Source: Bacteroidaceae bacterium
GTDB taxonomy: Bacteria > Bacteroidota > Bacteroidia > Bacteroidales > Bacteroidaceae
Direction: 5' to 3'
DNA: 64,000 nt
Assembly (NCBI GenBank): GCA_024398515.1
Contig: JAKSIZ010000006.1
Coordinates: 27,631 to 91,630 of the forward strand
The position numbers and the translations under genes were made by a program. Positions 1 through 7,628 of the stretch are shown piece by piece. Every line of letters starts with the position of its first letter. Position 1 is the first letter of the stretch. Under the pieces are notes generated by a model, which saw only the letters and a program-made list of their open reading frames with translations, did not search any database and had not been told where the DNA came from.

Positions 1-206
1 GACACATATCTCTTGCACACAGTCTTCACAGCATCCGGAAGACTGTCGTAATTTAAGCCAAGAATTGTGTTACACAGCGTGTCGAAAGCATTGCCAAATC
101 CCTTTGATACGCTATTAAACACACTTGGCTGATTAGCTGGAGTCGTTGCAACAGGCACGAACTGCTCAAACTCATTCTTCTGTATTGTTATTGTTGCCAT
201 TGCCAT
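1..206 (-). CDS. Phage head-completion/DUF6712-like protein, partial (runs off left edge)
   Basis: Manual translation MAMATITIQKNEFEQFVPVATTPANQPSVFNSVSKGF... is open to the edge and overlaps the portal stop; family call is from synteny/recall. Confidence 0.55.
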   Translation of the reverse strand, partial: MAMATITIQKNEFEQFVPVATTPANQPSVFNSVSKGFGNAFDTLCNTILGLNYDSLPDAVKTVCKRYV

Positions 207-1560
207 TTGTGTTATTTGTTACCGTTTCGGCATCCTCATGTTTGTCCAGAGTTGTAAGAGTAATCATAGGTATATCAACATACACTTTATCTTCCCAGCC
301 ATTATAATTGATTATCACATCATGCACGGTCATGAGCATGTCATGAAATGCCTTCTCTATTGCCTGCTTAAGTGTAAAGAGTTCGCGTTTGTCCGAGCCT
401 GAATTGTTCATTTGGCTCTTGCCTGGAGTAGCACCAACAAGGTTTGGGTGAACACCGGTAGCAAAGCACTGGATATTGGAAGCTTCCTGAATGTCTTCAG
501 CCCAGTCACCACCTGCTTTCTCCTTATCGACAAGGTTTATCTTTACCATATTATTCTCCTTGCCGTTCGGATCAATGAAATATCCGCTTATCCATACCTT
601 ACCCGAGTTATGCACACCCGTGAGGAAGTTCTTGATATTTTCCTTCTCTTGATCGATGCGTGCAGCACGTTCCTTATCATCGCTGATATTCTCTGCATCA
701 CACAGCCTATCCCAATAATCGTCGTGAATCTCAACATGATATTTCACCGACGTGTAGTTCTTGAGCTTCGCACGCTTACCTATGCCTATCAGATGATAGA
801 TGTCAGCCCAACAATCGCGCAGAACCGACGTCCAATAAGGAGCAGGATATACAGGATTACCAGGTGTTGGGAAACGGCAGATAACAGCGAACTTTCTTTC
901 CGTCGCGCGCTTCAACATTTTACCTGTCCATGGACATTCGCACAGCCCCATACGTGACAGCAAATCGCCCACAGGGTTAATCTCATCGAGAAGAGGTATC
1001 GCTTCAACCTTGTCTGGTGTATTTCTCTGCTTGAAGTCGCCATACAAGACATACTGTGAGCGCAGTCCATTCTTCTTGGTGATACGGCAATAACATGCTT
1101 CCTTGTGACGAACGGATACGATTCTCGAACCTTTCCTGTTCAATATTATTACAGCGACAGTGAAGAAATGATACTTCATATCCGTTATCTGTTCCAGGAA
1201 GAAACGTCGCATCGAGTTCGCGAGCATGAATTTCCTGATTTTGGCATCCGTCGTCGGATGATGTGTTTCAACATCCATGTACTGCAGTCCCTGGCCATAA
1301 CATGTGAGCACGTTAAACATCATATCCTGCGACAGTATCATGTTCTTGTTCACACGGTGCATCAACTTATAAGGCAGTTCATTGTCTGCACCATAAGGAT
1401 AATAGCTGAACTTCTGCTTGCCAATTGTAATGTCAATGGTGTTAATGTAATCTTCATCATCGAAGATTTCACTGGTGTTGCTGCCGTAGCTGTCGGAATC
1501 GACGGCAAAGTCCATGAACGATGGTGCTACCACCACATCAAAACTGTTTTCTTCTTTCAT
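172..1560 (-). CDS. Phage portal-like protein
   Basis: 462 aa; YPYGADNELP, YPAPYW, GVHPNLVG and SGSDKRE motifs recalled from Bacteroidetes prophage portals. Confidence 0.7.
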   Translation of the reverse strand: MKEENSFDVVVAPSFMDFAVDSDSYGSNTSEIFDDEDYINTIDITIGKQKFSYYPYGADNELPYKLMHRVNKNMILSQDMMFNVLTCYGQGLQYMDVETHHPTTDAKIRKFMLANSMRRFFLEQITDMKYHFFTVAVIILNRKGSRIVSVRHKEACYCRITKKNGLRSQYVLYGDFKQRNTPDKVEAIPLLDEINPVGDLLSRMGLCECPWTGKMLKRATERKFAVICRFPTPGNPVYPAPYWTSVLRDCWADIYHLIGIGKRAKLKNYTSVKYHVEIHDDYWDRLCDAENISDDKERAARIDQEKENIKNFLTGVHNSGKVWISGYFIDPNGKENNMVKINLVDKEKAGGDWAEDIQEASNIQCFATGVHPNLVGATPGKSQMNNSGSDKRELFTLKQAIEKAFHDMLMTVHDVIINYNGWEDKVYVDIPMITLTTLDKHEDAETVTNNTNGNGNNNNTEE

Positions 1561-1808
1561 TATAAATATACTTCCTGGTTATTGAATCTGAATATAAGAA
1601 TGTCGCACACTGAACGTATCTCACCATTGCGAGGATTGCGAAGCCTCGTGGTGCCACCCTTCCAGTACTGGTTAAGTACCTCCCAGCCTTTGTACTTGAT
1701 GATAGCGCCAGTCGAATACTCCCAGCATTCGATGTTGACTTGCTGGCGATAGATCTTAGCAACACCTATCTGCCTTTGCATCTCTGTTATGTGTATTGCT
1801 CCTGCCAT
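1560..1808 (-). CDS. Conserved phage hypothetical protein
   Basis: 82 aa, translationally coupled on both sides. Confidence 0.7.
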   Translation of the reverse strand: MAGAIHITEMQRQIGVAKIYRQQVNIECWEYSTGAIIKYKGWEVLNQYWKGGTTRLRNPRNGEIRSVCDILIFRFNNQEVYL

Positions 1809-2857
1809 CAGTTAAATGTGTTGTCGAATGTATTGTCGAAAATGCGTCCTGCCCTCTGCAACTGAAGGACATTGTTGTTACGTTGTGCATAACGGTAAGA
1901 AAACGTAAATCTATCAATAGCATTAAGCAGATTGCTACGCTCGGATTTAGAGTCGATAATCGTTATCTCCTTGCCCACGTTGATAGTGTTGTTATAGAAG
2001 TTGCAGATGTAAATTTCATCAGAGCGAAACAGCTCATCTGCCCAGTTGGCCATAGCCGTGTTCATAACACCAGTATCAGCTTCAAACTTCCGTACTTCCT
2101 CTATCTTGTAGTTGCGCATCATACCGTCCATGTACGCTGATGAACGAGTATATTCCGGCTTGACTTCATGTTCACCGGTGCAATACAGCAGCTCTTGCAC
2201 CCCGAACGAATTTGTGAATAGAAGTATAGGTGCTGCATCAGGAGCAGCGAAGTCGATATTGTATCTTTGTGTTCTGGAGCCAACAGTCACCACGTAGTAG
2301 GTAAGTGTTTTCTCCGCCGTCAGAAAGTTGGAGGCTGAGACATCAATAGTCTTATAATCATCATTGCCCTGTATTACCGTCGGAGTGAATGATTCTGTAG
2401 TCCCATCCGAATAATGAGCCGTAACAGATGCTATGTCAGTACCGACGAAGTGCAGGTATTCCAGCCGACCAAGTGCTGTTATCTTAGTACCCATCAATAG
2501 GCTCAGGAACCTACCACTACAGAACGTAGCTGCATCCTCGGATATGTCTGCACGGCAGAACACGACGTCCGTCGATAGGACTGTAGGACTACCCGACGCA
2601 CTCTGCCCTACCATTTCCTGTATGCTTATCGACAGATGCAGAACAAGCGCAGCTCTGGCGTATTCATCCACAAGCCCCGATAGGTCTCTGAGCCTAATAT
2701 GTCCAGCCACCGGATACAAGGTTGTTTCCAGGATCACTTCACCGCTGTTGCCAGTGAATGTAACGACGGCAGCATCACCGGTTATAGAGAAGTCAATATC
2801 CGGAATTGATGCTGAGAAGTACTCTTCAGCCAAAGTCGTAGTAACTGTTATTGCCAT
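1808..2857 (-). CDS. Phage structural hypothetical protein (start at MAITVTT)
   Basis: Beta-rich ORF ending in RIFDNTFDNTFN; start moved because the ORF-track start lies in a terminator/promoter. Confidence 0.7.
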   Translation of the reverse strand: MAITVTTTLAEEYFSASIPDIDFSITGDAAVVTFTGNSGEVILETTLYPVAGHIRLRDLSGLVDEYARAALVLHLSISIQEMVGQSASGSPTVLSTDVVFCRADISEDAATFCSGRFLSLLMGTKITALGRLEYLHFVGTDIASVTAHYSDGTTESFTPTVIQGNDDYKTIDVSASNFLTAEKTLTYYVVTVGSRTQRYNIDFAAPDAAPILLFTNSFGVQELLYCTGEHEVKPEYTRSSAYMDGMMRNYKIEEVRKFEADTGVMNTAMANWADELFRSDEIYICNFYNNTINVGKEITIIDSKSERSNLLNAIDRFTFSYRYAQRNNNVLQLQRAGRIFDNTFDNTFN

Positions 2858-2877
2858 AGCGCGTGCTTTATTTATTA

Positions 2878-2912
2878 CAAAGGTAATTTCAGAGCAAGAA
2901 AAATAAAAATAC
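2878..2912 (-). promoter_or_regulatory. Putative phage late promoter GTATTTTTA-N18-TACCTTTG
   Basis: Bacteroidetes -7 box (TAnnTTTG); same geometry as at 14427-14461. Confidence 0.6.
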
Positions 2913-2935
2913 ACCCCCGCTTCACAGCGAGGGTG
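2896..2935 (-). terminator. Intrinsic terminator with GUGA tetraloop
   Basis: CACCCTCGCT-GTGA-AGCGGGGGTG followed by a T-rich run on the minus strand. Confidence 0.7.
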
Positions 2936-2974
2936 CACCAAGAAATGTAAAAAAAATGTTGTAGATACGTCTTG

Positions 2975-3199
2975 TTATCTAAGGTCCCAATAAATGCCAT
3001 CATTCCATTCCGTGACCTCGTAACCCATGTCGTGCATAATGTTGGCAATCTGATTCACGTCAGATTCGCAAATGGTTCTGATAGCATCTGCTATCTCAAG
3101 TGATGTCATGTATTCATGATGCAAAACAGGTATCACCTTTTTGATGACCTCCTTCAGCACGTCATCATTCACTCTTTTCTGTCTCAGTTCCTTTTCCAT
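2975..3199 (-). CDS. Small phage protein, possible winged-helix DNA binder
   Basis: 74 aa with MTSLEIAD motif; last gene of a 4-gene coupled operon. Confidence 0.6.
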   Translation of the reverse strand: MEKELRQKRVNDDVLKEVIKKVIPVLHHEYMTSLEIADAIRTICESDVNQIANIMHDMGYEVTEWNDGIYWDLR

Positions 3200-3464
3200 T
3201 GCATTTCTCCTTTATTTGATCTAACAATACCTTAATATCCTTCAGTTCCTTGAACTGCTCAGTGCGTTCATGAAGCGTATGGATGAGTGATTCAAGAATC
3301 TCTAACTGCGTCTGCAGCATGATGAACCTCTTCAAATGGTCGTCCATCGTATCACTCAAGACAATATCATCATCATTCAACTGCCAAAACATTTCGTCAA
3401 CTACACTCGCTGCCTGTCCAGCGAATTCCCTTACACTCGTGAAAAATACTTCAAACTCTATCAT
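3165..3464 (-). CDS. Phage hypothetical helical protein
   Basis: 99 aa, overlapping neighbours. Confidence 0.6.
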   Translation of the reverse strand: MIEFEVFFTSVREFAGQAASVVDEMFWQLNDDDIVLSDTMDDHLKRFIMLQTQLEILESLIHTLHERTEQFKELKDIKVLLDQIKEKCNGKGTETEKSE

Positions 3465-3775
3465 ACTACTATCTCCTTTTCTAAATTATATTTAATACGC
3501 AATGCAATCATTTCATTATGTACTTCACCTTTCTGAAGTTTCATCCTCATTTTGATGTCGTGATTCCTCTCAGAGAAGTCGCGTTCTGCCTTCCTGCCTT
3601 CATCCTTAATCTCGCGGATCATTGCCTGCAAGCCTCTGATCCTCATTGCGCGGTCGGCGCATCCGTCTTCGTATTCACGGCGGAGTGCCACCTTCTGTTC
3701 TGCTTCCTGTTCACGCAGTTCGGCCATCCTCTCCTCGAGTTCCTGGTTGCGTCGGATATACTCCTCATATTTCAT
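3461..3775 (-). CDS. Phage coiled-coil protein
   Basis: 104 aa, E/R/K-rich; ATGA coupling. Confidence 0.65.
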   Translation of the reverse strand: MKYEEYIRRNQELEERMAELREQEAEQKVALRREYEDGCADRAMRIRGLQAMIREIKDEGRKAERDFSERNHDIKMRMKLQKGEVHNEMIALRIKYNLEKEIVV

Positions 3776-4032
3776 GACAAGCCTCCTTCCTTTCTAAGAC
3801 TGATGGCTGCCATGGCGAACCATGCAAGCGCGACAGTGCACATTACTGCAGAAGTCTCAGCAGAGCCTACGGCAACGAGGAACGCTGCCAGGGCATTGCC
3901 CACCTTCAGAACTACTCGGTTACTCACTTGCTCTCCTGCACATGCCGAGAAGAGCCCATTCTTTGCGTTCAGCCATTCCTTGAATGAGAACGTGCGAGAT
4001 TGGATTCGCTTCAATGCAATTGTTGTCATCAT
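3772..4032 (-). CDS. Small membrane protein, first gene behind the antisense leader (kil/icd-like position)
   Basis: 86 aa with two hydrophobic segments; its initiation region contains the 12-mer antisense target. Confidence 0.6.
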   Translation of the reverse strand: MMTTIALKRIQSRTFSFKEWLNAKNGLFSACAGEQVSNRVVLKVGNALAAFLVAVGSAETSAVMCTVALAWFAMAAISLRKEGGLS

Positions 4033-4036
4033 ATTG

Positions 4037-4263
4037 CTTCCAATTTCCTCCGGAATTCAGCCGGTACCATAACGACAAAAAAGGCTGCCGTCCCTTGGAA
4101 ATTGGAAGTCTTAGTCCTCCGAAGAGAATAAACTTCAGGACAACAGCCTAAATTTAGTTTCATCGTGAGGAAAATTTTGTTTCCTCGTGACGTATCAATA
4201 AAGTGTCGGTAACATATTTCGTGTCGTTTACCCTCGACAGAAGGACTTAACCTTCCAATTTCC
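4037..4263 (-). ncRNA. P4-CI/P1-C4-like antisense RNA leader (seqA-seqB-seqC architecture)
   Basis: CTTCCAATTTCC at 4037-4048 and 4252-4263; reverse complement at 4097-4108 inside stem 4082-4149; -7 box TAAATTTG at 4269-4276. Confidence 0.65.
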
Positions 4264-4317
4264 GAGTGCAAATTTACACATTAATTTTGAATTACCAAAT
4301 TTTTTGAGGATTTTTTT

Positions 4318-4350
4318 TGCAAAAAAAACCTGCAGATGCTGCAGGCTTTT
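4318..4350. terminator. Terminator downstream of the TA pair
   Basis: CCTGCAG-ATG-CTGCAGG flanked by A and T tracts. Confidence 0.65.
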
Positions 4351-4358
4351 GTAATGAA

Positions 4359-4856
4359 TCACATATTTATATTAGGGTTTATCTCGTGGTACGGGTCGAA
4401 GAACAGGATATGTATCATTCCATAGATGCCGACCATGAAGTATATGCGTGGGTTTCTCGTCCCCTTTTTTCTGTCGGCACACTCCCCCTTGTATTCCGGA
4501 TCCAATGCAAAATGGAAAATCATAGGGTTTGTTTTTGCTATGTTTTCGTCAATACCATCGAAAACCTTCTTGATATTTCCCCGTATATCAGTCCTGAAGA
4601 AATGCAGGTTCTTGCCGCCATCGTTAATAACGTCATTAATAGTCCTGCCTGCAAATTCCTTCATCCTCATGAAATATAGGTTAGCCTCGTTGCCTTCAAA
4701 CTTCTGGTCAAAGCCGTATCCTGTCTTGCCCAGATCGATCTGGTTATACTGAACAGATATAATCTGATTTAGCGAACTCGTATATTCCTCATTATTCAGC
4801 TTCGTGTTAAGGCTGACAGGTCTCAACTCTATTTCGTCCTCGCAGAGAAAGCTCAT
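4359..4856 (-). CDS. Putative toxin partner of the Panacea antitoxin (MAG6450-like)
   Basis: 165 aa, coupled to the antitoxin; C-terminal RIYF..HILFFDPYH resembles RelE-fold/MAG6450 proteins. Confidence 0.55.
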   Translation of the reverse strand: MSFLCEDEIELRPVSLNTKLNNEEYTSSLNQIISVQYNQIDLGKTGYGFDQKFEGNEANLYFMRMKEFAGRTINDVINDGGKNLHFFRTDIRGNIKKVFDGIDENIAKTNPMIFHFALDPEYKGECADRKKGTRNPRIYFMVGIYGMIHILFFDPYHEINPNINM

Positions 4857-5386
4857 TGTTTATTACCGTATTTGTCGTGACGTTCCTTGTAATATCTGTA
4901 CATTGTGTCCAATGATATTGGAGTGCTGGAAGCCTCGTATGGCTGCAATCCTATTCTTTTCTCAGCCCAAGGATCTTCGCTGTGAGTAAGGAATATCAGA
5001 TAGTTCTGTGATTTTGTGCCATACAGCATGATAATCTCATTTGCGAGATTCATTTCTTCATCCTCAAGGTCCATTTCCTTTGCAAGCGATTCAATGGCTG
5101 AATTCATATCCTCTCCTTCCTGAAGGAAATGCTCAGGCTTCATGTGGTCACACATGCCATCCACCTTATCTTTATATACAGGGTATATCGATGTATATAC
5201 AGGACCATTTACCCATGCTTCAGGAACATCCGCAAACAGAGTGTTCTCCCTTCCGAAAAAGACCATGTGCCACGCCTGCTGATAATACAGCAGTTTCTGC
5301 AGCTTCAAAGGGCTTACAGATATGTTTCTCTGCAGCATAGACAAGCCCATGAACTTGGCAAAATCCTTGATTGAGACGAGTTTCAT
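4853..5386 (-). CDS. Panacea/SocA (DUF4065) antitoxin
   Basis: LKLQKLLYY, EAWVNGPV and LTHSEDPW motifs. Confidence 0.9.
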   Translation of the reverse strand: MKLVSIKDFAKFMGLSMLQRNISVSPLKLQKLLYYQQAWHMVFFGRENTLFADVPEAWVNGPVYTSIYPVYKDKVDGMCDHMKPEHFLQEGEDMNSAIESLAKEMDLEDEEMNLANEIIMLYGTKSQNYLIFLTHSEDPWAEKRIGLQPYEASSTPISLDTMYRYYKERHDKYGNKQ

Positions 5387-5588
5387 AAATTAGTTTTATT
5401 AGTTTATGGTGCAAAAGTAATAATAAATTTCAAAAAAGTTTTCATTAAAACAAATCGAGGTAAGTATTATTTACGCATCAGTTCCCATATTCATAACTAT
5501 TTTAGTGTTGCAAAGTTAAAACAAAAAAGGAATTGTTAAATACTTTGTTAATAACTTTTAGTAAATTTGCAGTTCAGATTTACACATA

Positions 5589-6290
5589 TTAACAATTATT
5601 CACGCATAACCACTCGCTATGATTAGGCTCAAAGAGTTCATCCTGATAGGTGACGGCCGAGATGCGTGGAATCCTGCCGTTTGTGTCGATCTCGTCAACC
5701 CATGCATAGCCCATTTGATAGAATGTGCCTACTCCATCCTGCATGTCCTTTTCAACGTAACCAATATGAATGCCCGACTCAGTAAGTACCTTGATAGCAC
5801 CAATGTTCTCAATATCGCTGGTGTCGTAGATGAGCAGCAGCTTGTCGCCGACTTTCAGTTTCCTCGCTTCGCTCCATGCGCTGTTGCCGAGAGGTTTTGA
5901 ACCGATGACGTCGAACATCATGTCAAGGTCTTCAGTATGCTCCTTATGGTCGATATTCGTGAAATCCCAGTTTCCCGTCTCTTCAATTCTTGCCCAGTAA
6001 TGGAACACTTCCTCTGCCACGAGTTTCAGCGCTTCCGGTGTATCGGTCTCAATGCTCCGATAGTCATTCACAGCCTCATTCATTATATATATAGAATAGC
6101 CGTCAACGATAGGATAGGCATACTTCACCTTGGCATTCGGCGAGTAACAGCTTACGGTTAAGTTCCCGTCGTTTCCCTTCTGTTCCTGAATGGCTGCCGC
6201 TGATGAGACGGCATGTCCCACGCGTTCCACTCCTTTGCCAAACAAGCCAAGAAGTATGATAGCAGTGCCTATGATAAGTGCAAGTTCCAT
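5589..6290 (-). CDS. Membrane-anchored HIRAN-domain protein
   Basis: N-terminal TM helix; C-terminal LKVGDKLLL..AIKV..HIGYV HIRAN signature. Confidence 0.7.
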   Translation of the reverse strand: MELALIIGTAIILLGLFGKGVERVGHAVSSAAAIQEQKGNDGNLTVSCYSPNAKVKYAYPIVDGYSIYIMNEAVNDYRSIETDTPEALKLVAEEVFHYWARIEETGNWDFTNIDHKEHTEDLDMMFDVIGSKPLGNSAWSEARKLKVGDKLLLIYDTSDIENIGAIKVLTESGIHIGYVEKDMQDGVGTFYQMGYAWVDEIDTNGRIPRISAVTYQDELFEPNHSEWLCVNNC

Positions 6291-6340
6291 TAGGTTTTCT
6301 TAGTTAACTCCGCTTTTATGACTACAAAGATAGGCTATTG

Positions 6341-6356
6341 TAGCTATTTTGTGCTA
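6341..6356. promoter_or_regulatory. Repressor operator-like palindrome in the HIRAN-gene promoter
   Basis: TAGCTATTTTGTGCTA next to -7 box TATCTTTG (6325-6332, minus). Confidence 0.5.
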
Positions 6357-6384
6357 TTTTGCACAAATAATTAACCATGTTTAA

Positions 6385-6737
6385 CAAAATAGCATCCCCT
6401 TCTTTCACAAGACGAGGATGCCGGAATTGCTAAAAAACTAACCTTTGAAAAAATATTCGAAAACCTTTTTAGCGGAGTAATTATAACAATTATTACACTT
6501 ATAACAAACTGACTAAAATCTGTACTTATCTTTACCAAATGAAAACCCCTCTCGCTTTCTCAGGAGAGGGGAACGTGTTAGTACACATCGCTTACTTATA
6601 TGGGGATGTTTAAGAAGCCTCCCTGAAAATGGTTCCCAGCTTCCCAGTTGGGAACCCCAAGCCTTGCATATTGCAGGTGAAGTTAACCATACCGTAATGT
6701 CTAATTATCGGTAGGCGATTGTGGTTAATTGTTCACC
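6385..6737 (-). ncRNA. Candidate multi-hairpin small-RNA array
   Basis: No ORF; -7 box TAACTTTG at 6742-6749; long 5' hairpin 6676-6737; GNRA hairpins at 6631-6656, 6546-6571 and 6392-6421. Confidence 0.55.
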
Positions 6738-6768
6738 GATGCAAAGTTACATAAATAAATTGAATAAA

Positions 6769-6804
6769 TAGCAATTTCTTGCTAATTTTAGCAATTATTT
6801 GCTA
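6769..6804. promoter_or_regulatory. Tandem TAGCA-N6-TGCTA operators
   Basis: TAGCAATTTCTTGCTA and TAGCAATTATTTGCTA, 20-bp period. Confidence 0.7.
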
Positions 6805-7083
6805 CTTTTTCATTATTTGTTCACAAAAATCGCAAAAAAAGAGTGCTTAAAAACGTTGTTTTTGCAATGTTTTTGCACTCTCCAAAAAGTTAAATGGCTG
6901 CAAACGCTGCATTTAACTCTCCAAGGCCATCAAAGGCGCAGCCTTTGTCGCTCAGAAGAGCCCCCACCGCCCTACGCTCGGGAGGCAATTGCCACCCTTT
7001 TACATAGCGGAATATGCACACCCAAACGGCACGGCACGCGACGCGTTGAGCGACGATTTTTTCTTCAGCGGTAACAGGCAATC

Positions 7084-7115
7084 GTGCGTGTGTGACACGC
7101 GTGTCACACTCGCAC
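7084..7115. repeat. Perfect 20-bp palindrome GTGTGACACGCGTGTCACAC, extendable to 32 bp with one mismatch
   Basis: Read directly at 7090-7109. Confidence 0.85.
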
Positions 7116-7221
7116 ACTCCTATAAAAGAAAAGGTGACGAGCGTGGCGTAGCCTTGCTCATCACCTTCGCGCCAGCGGGCACTGGCGGCTTTTGTCAAAT
7201 CGGACGATAAGAACCGAGCCC

Positions 7222-7494
7222 TCAAATCGAGTCGGCACACTTGCGTATGCGATTCGATAAATCAATCAGTGCGAACTTCAACTGCTGTGTTTCGTCTTCA
7301 TTGAAGCCACCATCACCGCCATTGCCGTCGATACCATCCATCTTGTGATAGAACCACGAAGCCGACTTATCGAAGTAAGTGCGCGACAATTCTCTCCATG
7401 AGATAGCAAGTGCAATATCGCTAACACGCTGCTTCATATCGACAATAACTCCATTGTGCTGCATTTTCATTACTACTCTCATATTCTTTTTCAT
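7222..7494 (-). CDS. DUF5053-like HTH protein (antitoxin-like)
   Basis: ISWRELSRTYFDKSASWFYHKMDGIDGNG..GGF..E...LK.AL.DLS.RI motif. Confidence 0.8.
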   Translation of the reverse strand: MKKNMRVVMKMQHNGVIVDMKQRVSDIALAISWRELSRTYFDKSASWFYHKMDGIDGNGGDGGFNEDETQQLKFALIDLSNRIRKCADSI

Positions 7495-7522
7495 ATTCTC
7501 TTATCGTTTGAATTTGAGAATG

Positions 7523-7579
7523 CAAAAATACTACAATAATTTGTAGTACGCAAACATTTTACTACAAATCTTTGTAGTA
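7523..7579 (-). promoter_or_regulatory. Promoter with two TACTACAA-N4-TTGTAGTA operators
   Basis: Palindromes at 7529-7548 and 7560-7579 overlap the -7 (TATTTTTG) and -33 (TTTG) boxes. Confidence 0.7.
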
Positions 7580-7628
7580 ATGAGAATAATTAACATAAAA
7601 GCAATAGGGAGAAAGATAAGAACAGACA

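Noticed and set aside
4029-4271. 80-aa ORF over the antisense leader
   Set aside because: Its start lies in the -7 promoter box; the region is better explained as structured RNA
6799-7240. ORFs 6799-7074, 6890-7240 and 6989-7210
   Set aside because: Mutually overlapping, non-ATG starts, unprotein-like composition over palindromic DNA
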